A program made the position numbers and the translations under genes. Positions 26,174 through 26,529 of a DNA stretch of 26,529 bases are shown piece by piece (positions within the stretch are counted from its first letter, which is position 1; the number at the start of each line of letters is the position of its first letter). The notes under the pieces were generated by a model that saw only the letters and a list, made by a program, of their open reading frames with translations, was not told the origin of the DNA and did no database searches. This DNA is from an uncultured bacterium (GTDB lineage: Bacteria; Omnitrophota; Omnitrophia; Omnitrophales; CAZPNG01). The DNA lies in NCBI GenBank assembly GCA_964587845.1, contig CAZPNG010000154.1:1-26529 (forward strand). The letters run 5' to 3'.

Positions 26174-26529
26174 ATGTCTCTAGCTGTCCTCACAGGATTC
26201 CTGTCTTTTCTCGCATTCCCCCCTGCGGCGCTGGATGTCGTCGCGTGGTTGGCGCTCGTTCCGCTCCTCTCGACTTTGCGCCGCGCCCCCTCGTGGCGCC
26301 GGAGCTTCGCTCTGGCCTACGCGGCGGGGTCTGTGTTCTTTGCGCTCTCTAACCTCTGGCTGCATGAGGTCACGTGGGCCGGCGTGGCATTTGCTGGGCT
26401 CTTCTACCCGCTCTTTTGGGCGCTGTGGGGCCTGGCGGCGACGGCGCTGCAACGCGGACAGTCACCCGGAGTCGCCCCGGGCTGGCCGCTGGTGCTGGCG
26501 GCGACGTCCGCGCTGACCGGCGCGCTCCC
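26174..26529 (+). CDS. lnt: Apolipoprotein N-acyltransferase, 5' partial (runs off the window)
   Basis: Read directly from the sequence: MSLAVLTGFLSFLAFPPAALDVVAWLALVPLL..SFALAYAAGSVFFALSNLWL..LFYPLFWALWG matches the Lnt N-terminal TM pattern (LAFPP..AW.ALVPL). No stop before the window end, so it is absent from the ORF track. Confidence 0.8.
   Translation, partial: MSLAVLTGFLSFLAFPPAALDVVAWLALVPLLSTLRRAPSWRRSFALAYAAGSVFFALSNLWLHEVTWAGVAFAGLFYPLFWALWGLAATALQRGQSPGVAPGWPLVLAATSALTGAL

Overview
High-GC bacterial chromosome segment of mostly housekeeping genes on the + strand. Gene content suggests a diderm, possibly PVC/Omnitrophota-like (inference only). Order: bactofilin-HTH fusion, membrane-anchored HTH protein, greA, AcpS-like/YdjC fusion, surE, a small zinc-ribbon gene (-), two tandem secreted paralogues, a low-GC free-standing LAGLIDADG endonuclease (-) directly behind a tRNA-Ala(GGC) / tRNA-Ala-like remnant / tRNA-Leu(CAA) cluster (-), leuS, GH35-like glycosidase, exeA/exeB-like pair, a 33-aa membrane sORF, comEC, a BamD-like protein with a ~730-aa coiled-coil tail, lptE, holA, rpsT (-), murJ, uvrC, prfB, secA and the start of lnt. 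The most striking signal is a 75-bp hairpin-rich element bounded by a 6-bp GCGCCG direct repeat. It sits in-frame, in opposite orientations, inside both comEC and uvrC (81/82 nt identical), which points to a recently mobile coding palindromic element. Next are the tRNA-linked homing-endonuclease cassette with its tRNA-derived remnant, and several unusual domain fusions. No CRISPR array, rRNA, transposase or integrase was seen.
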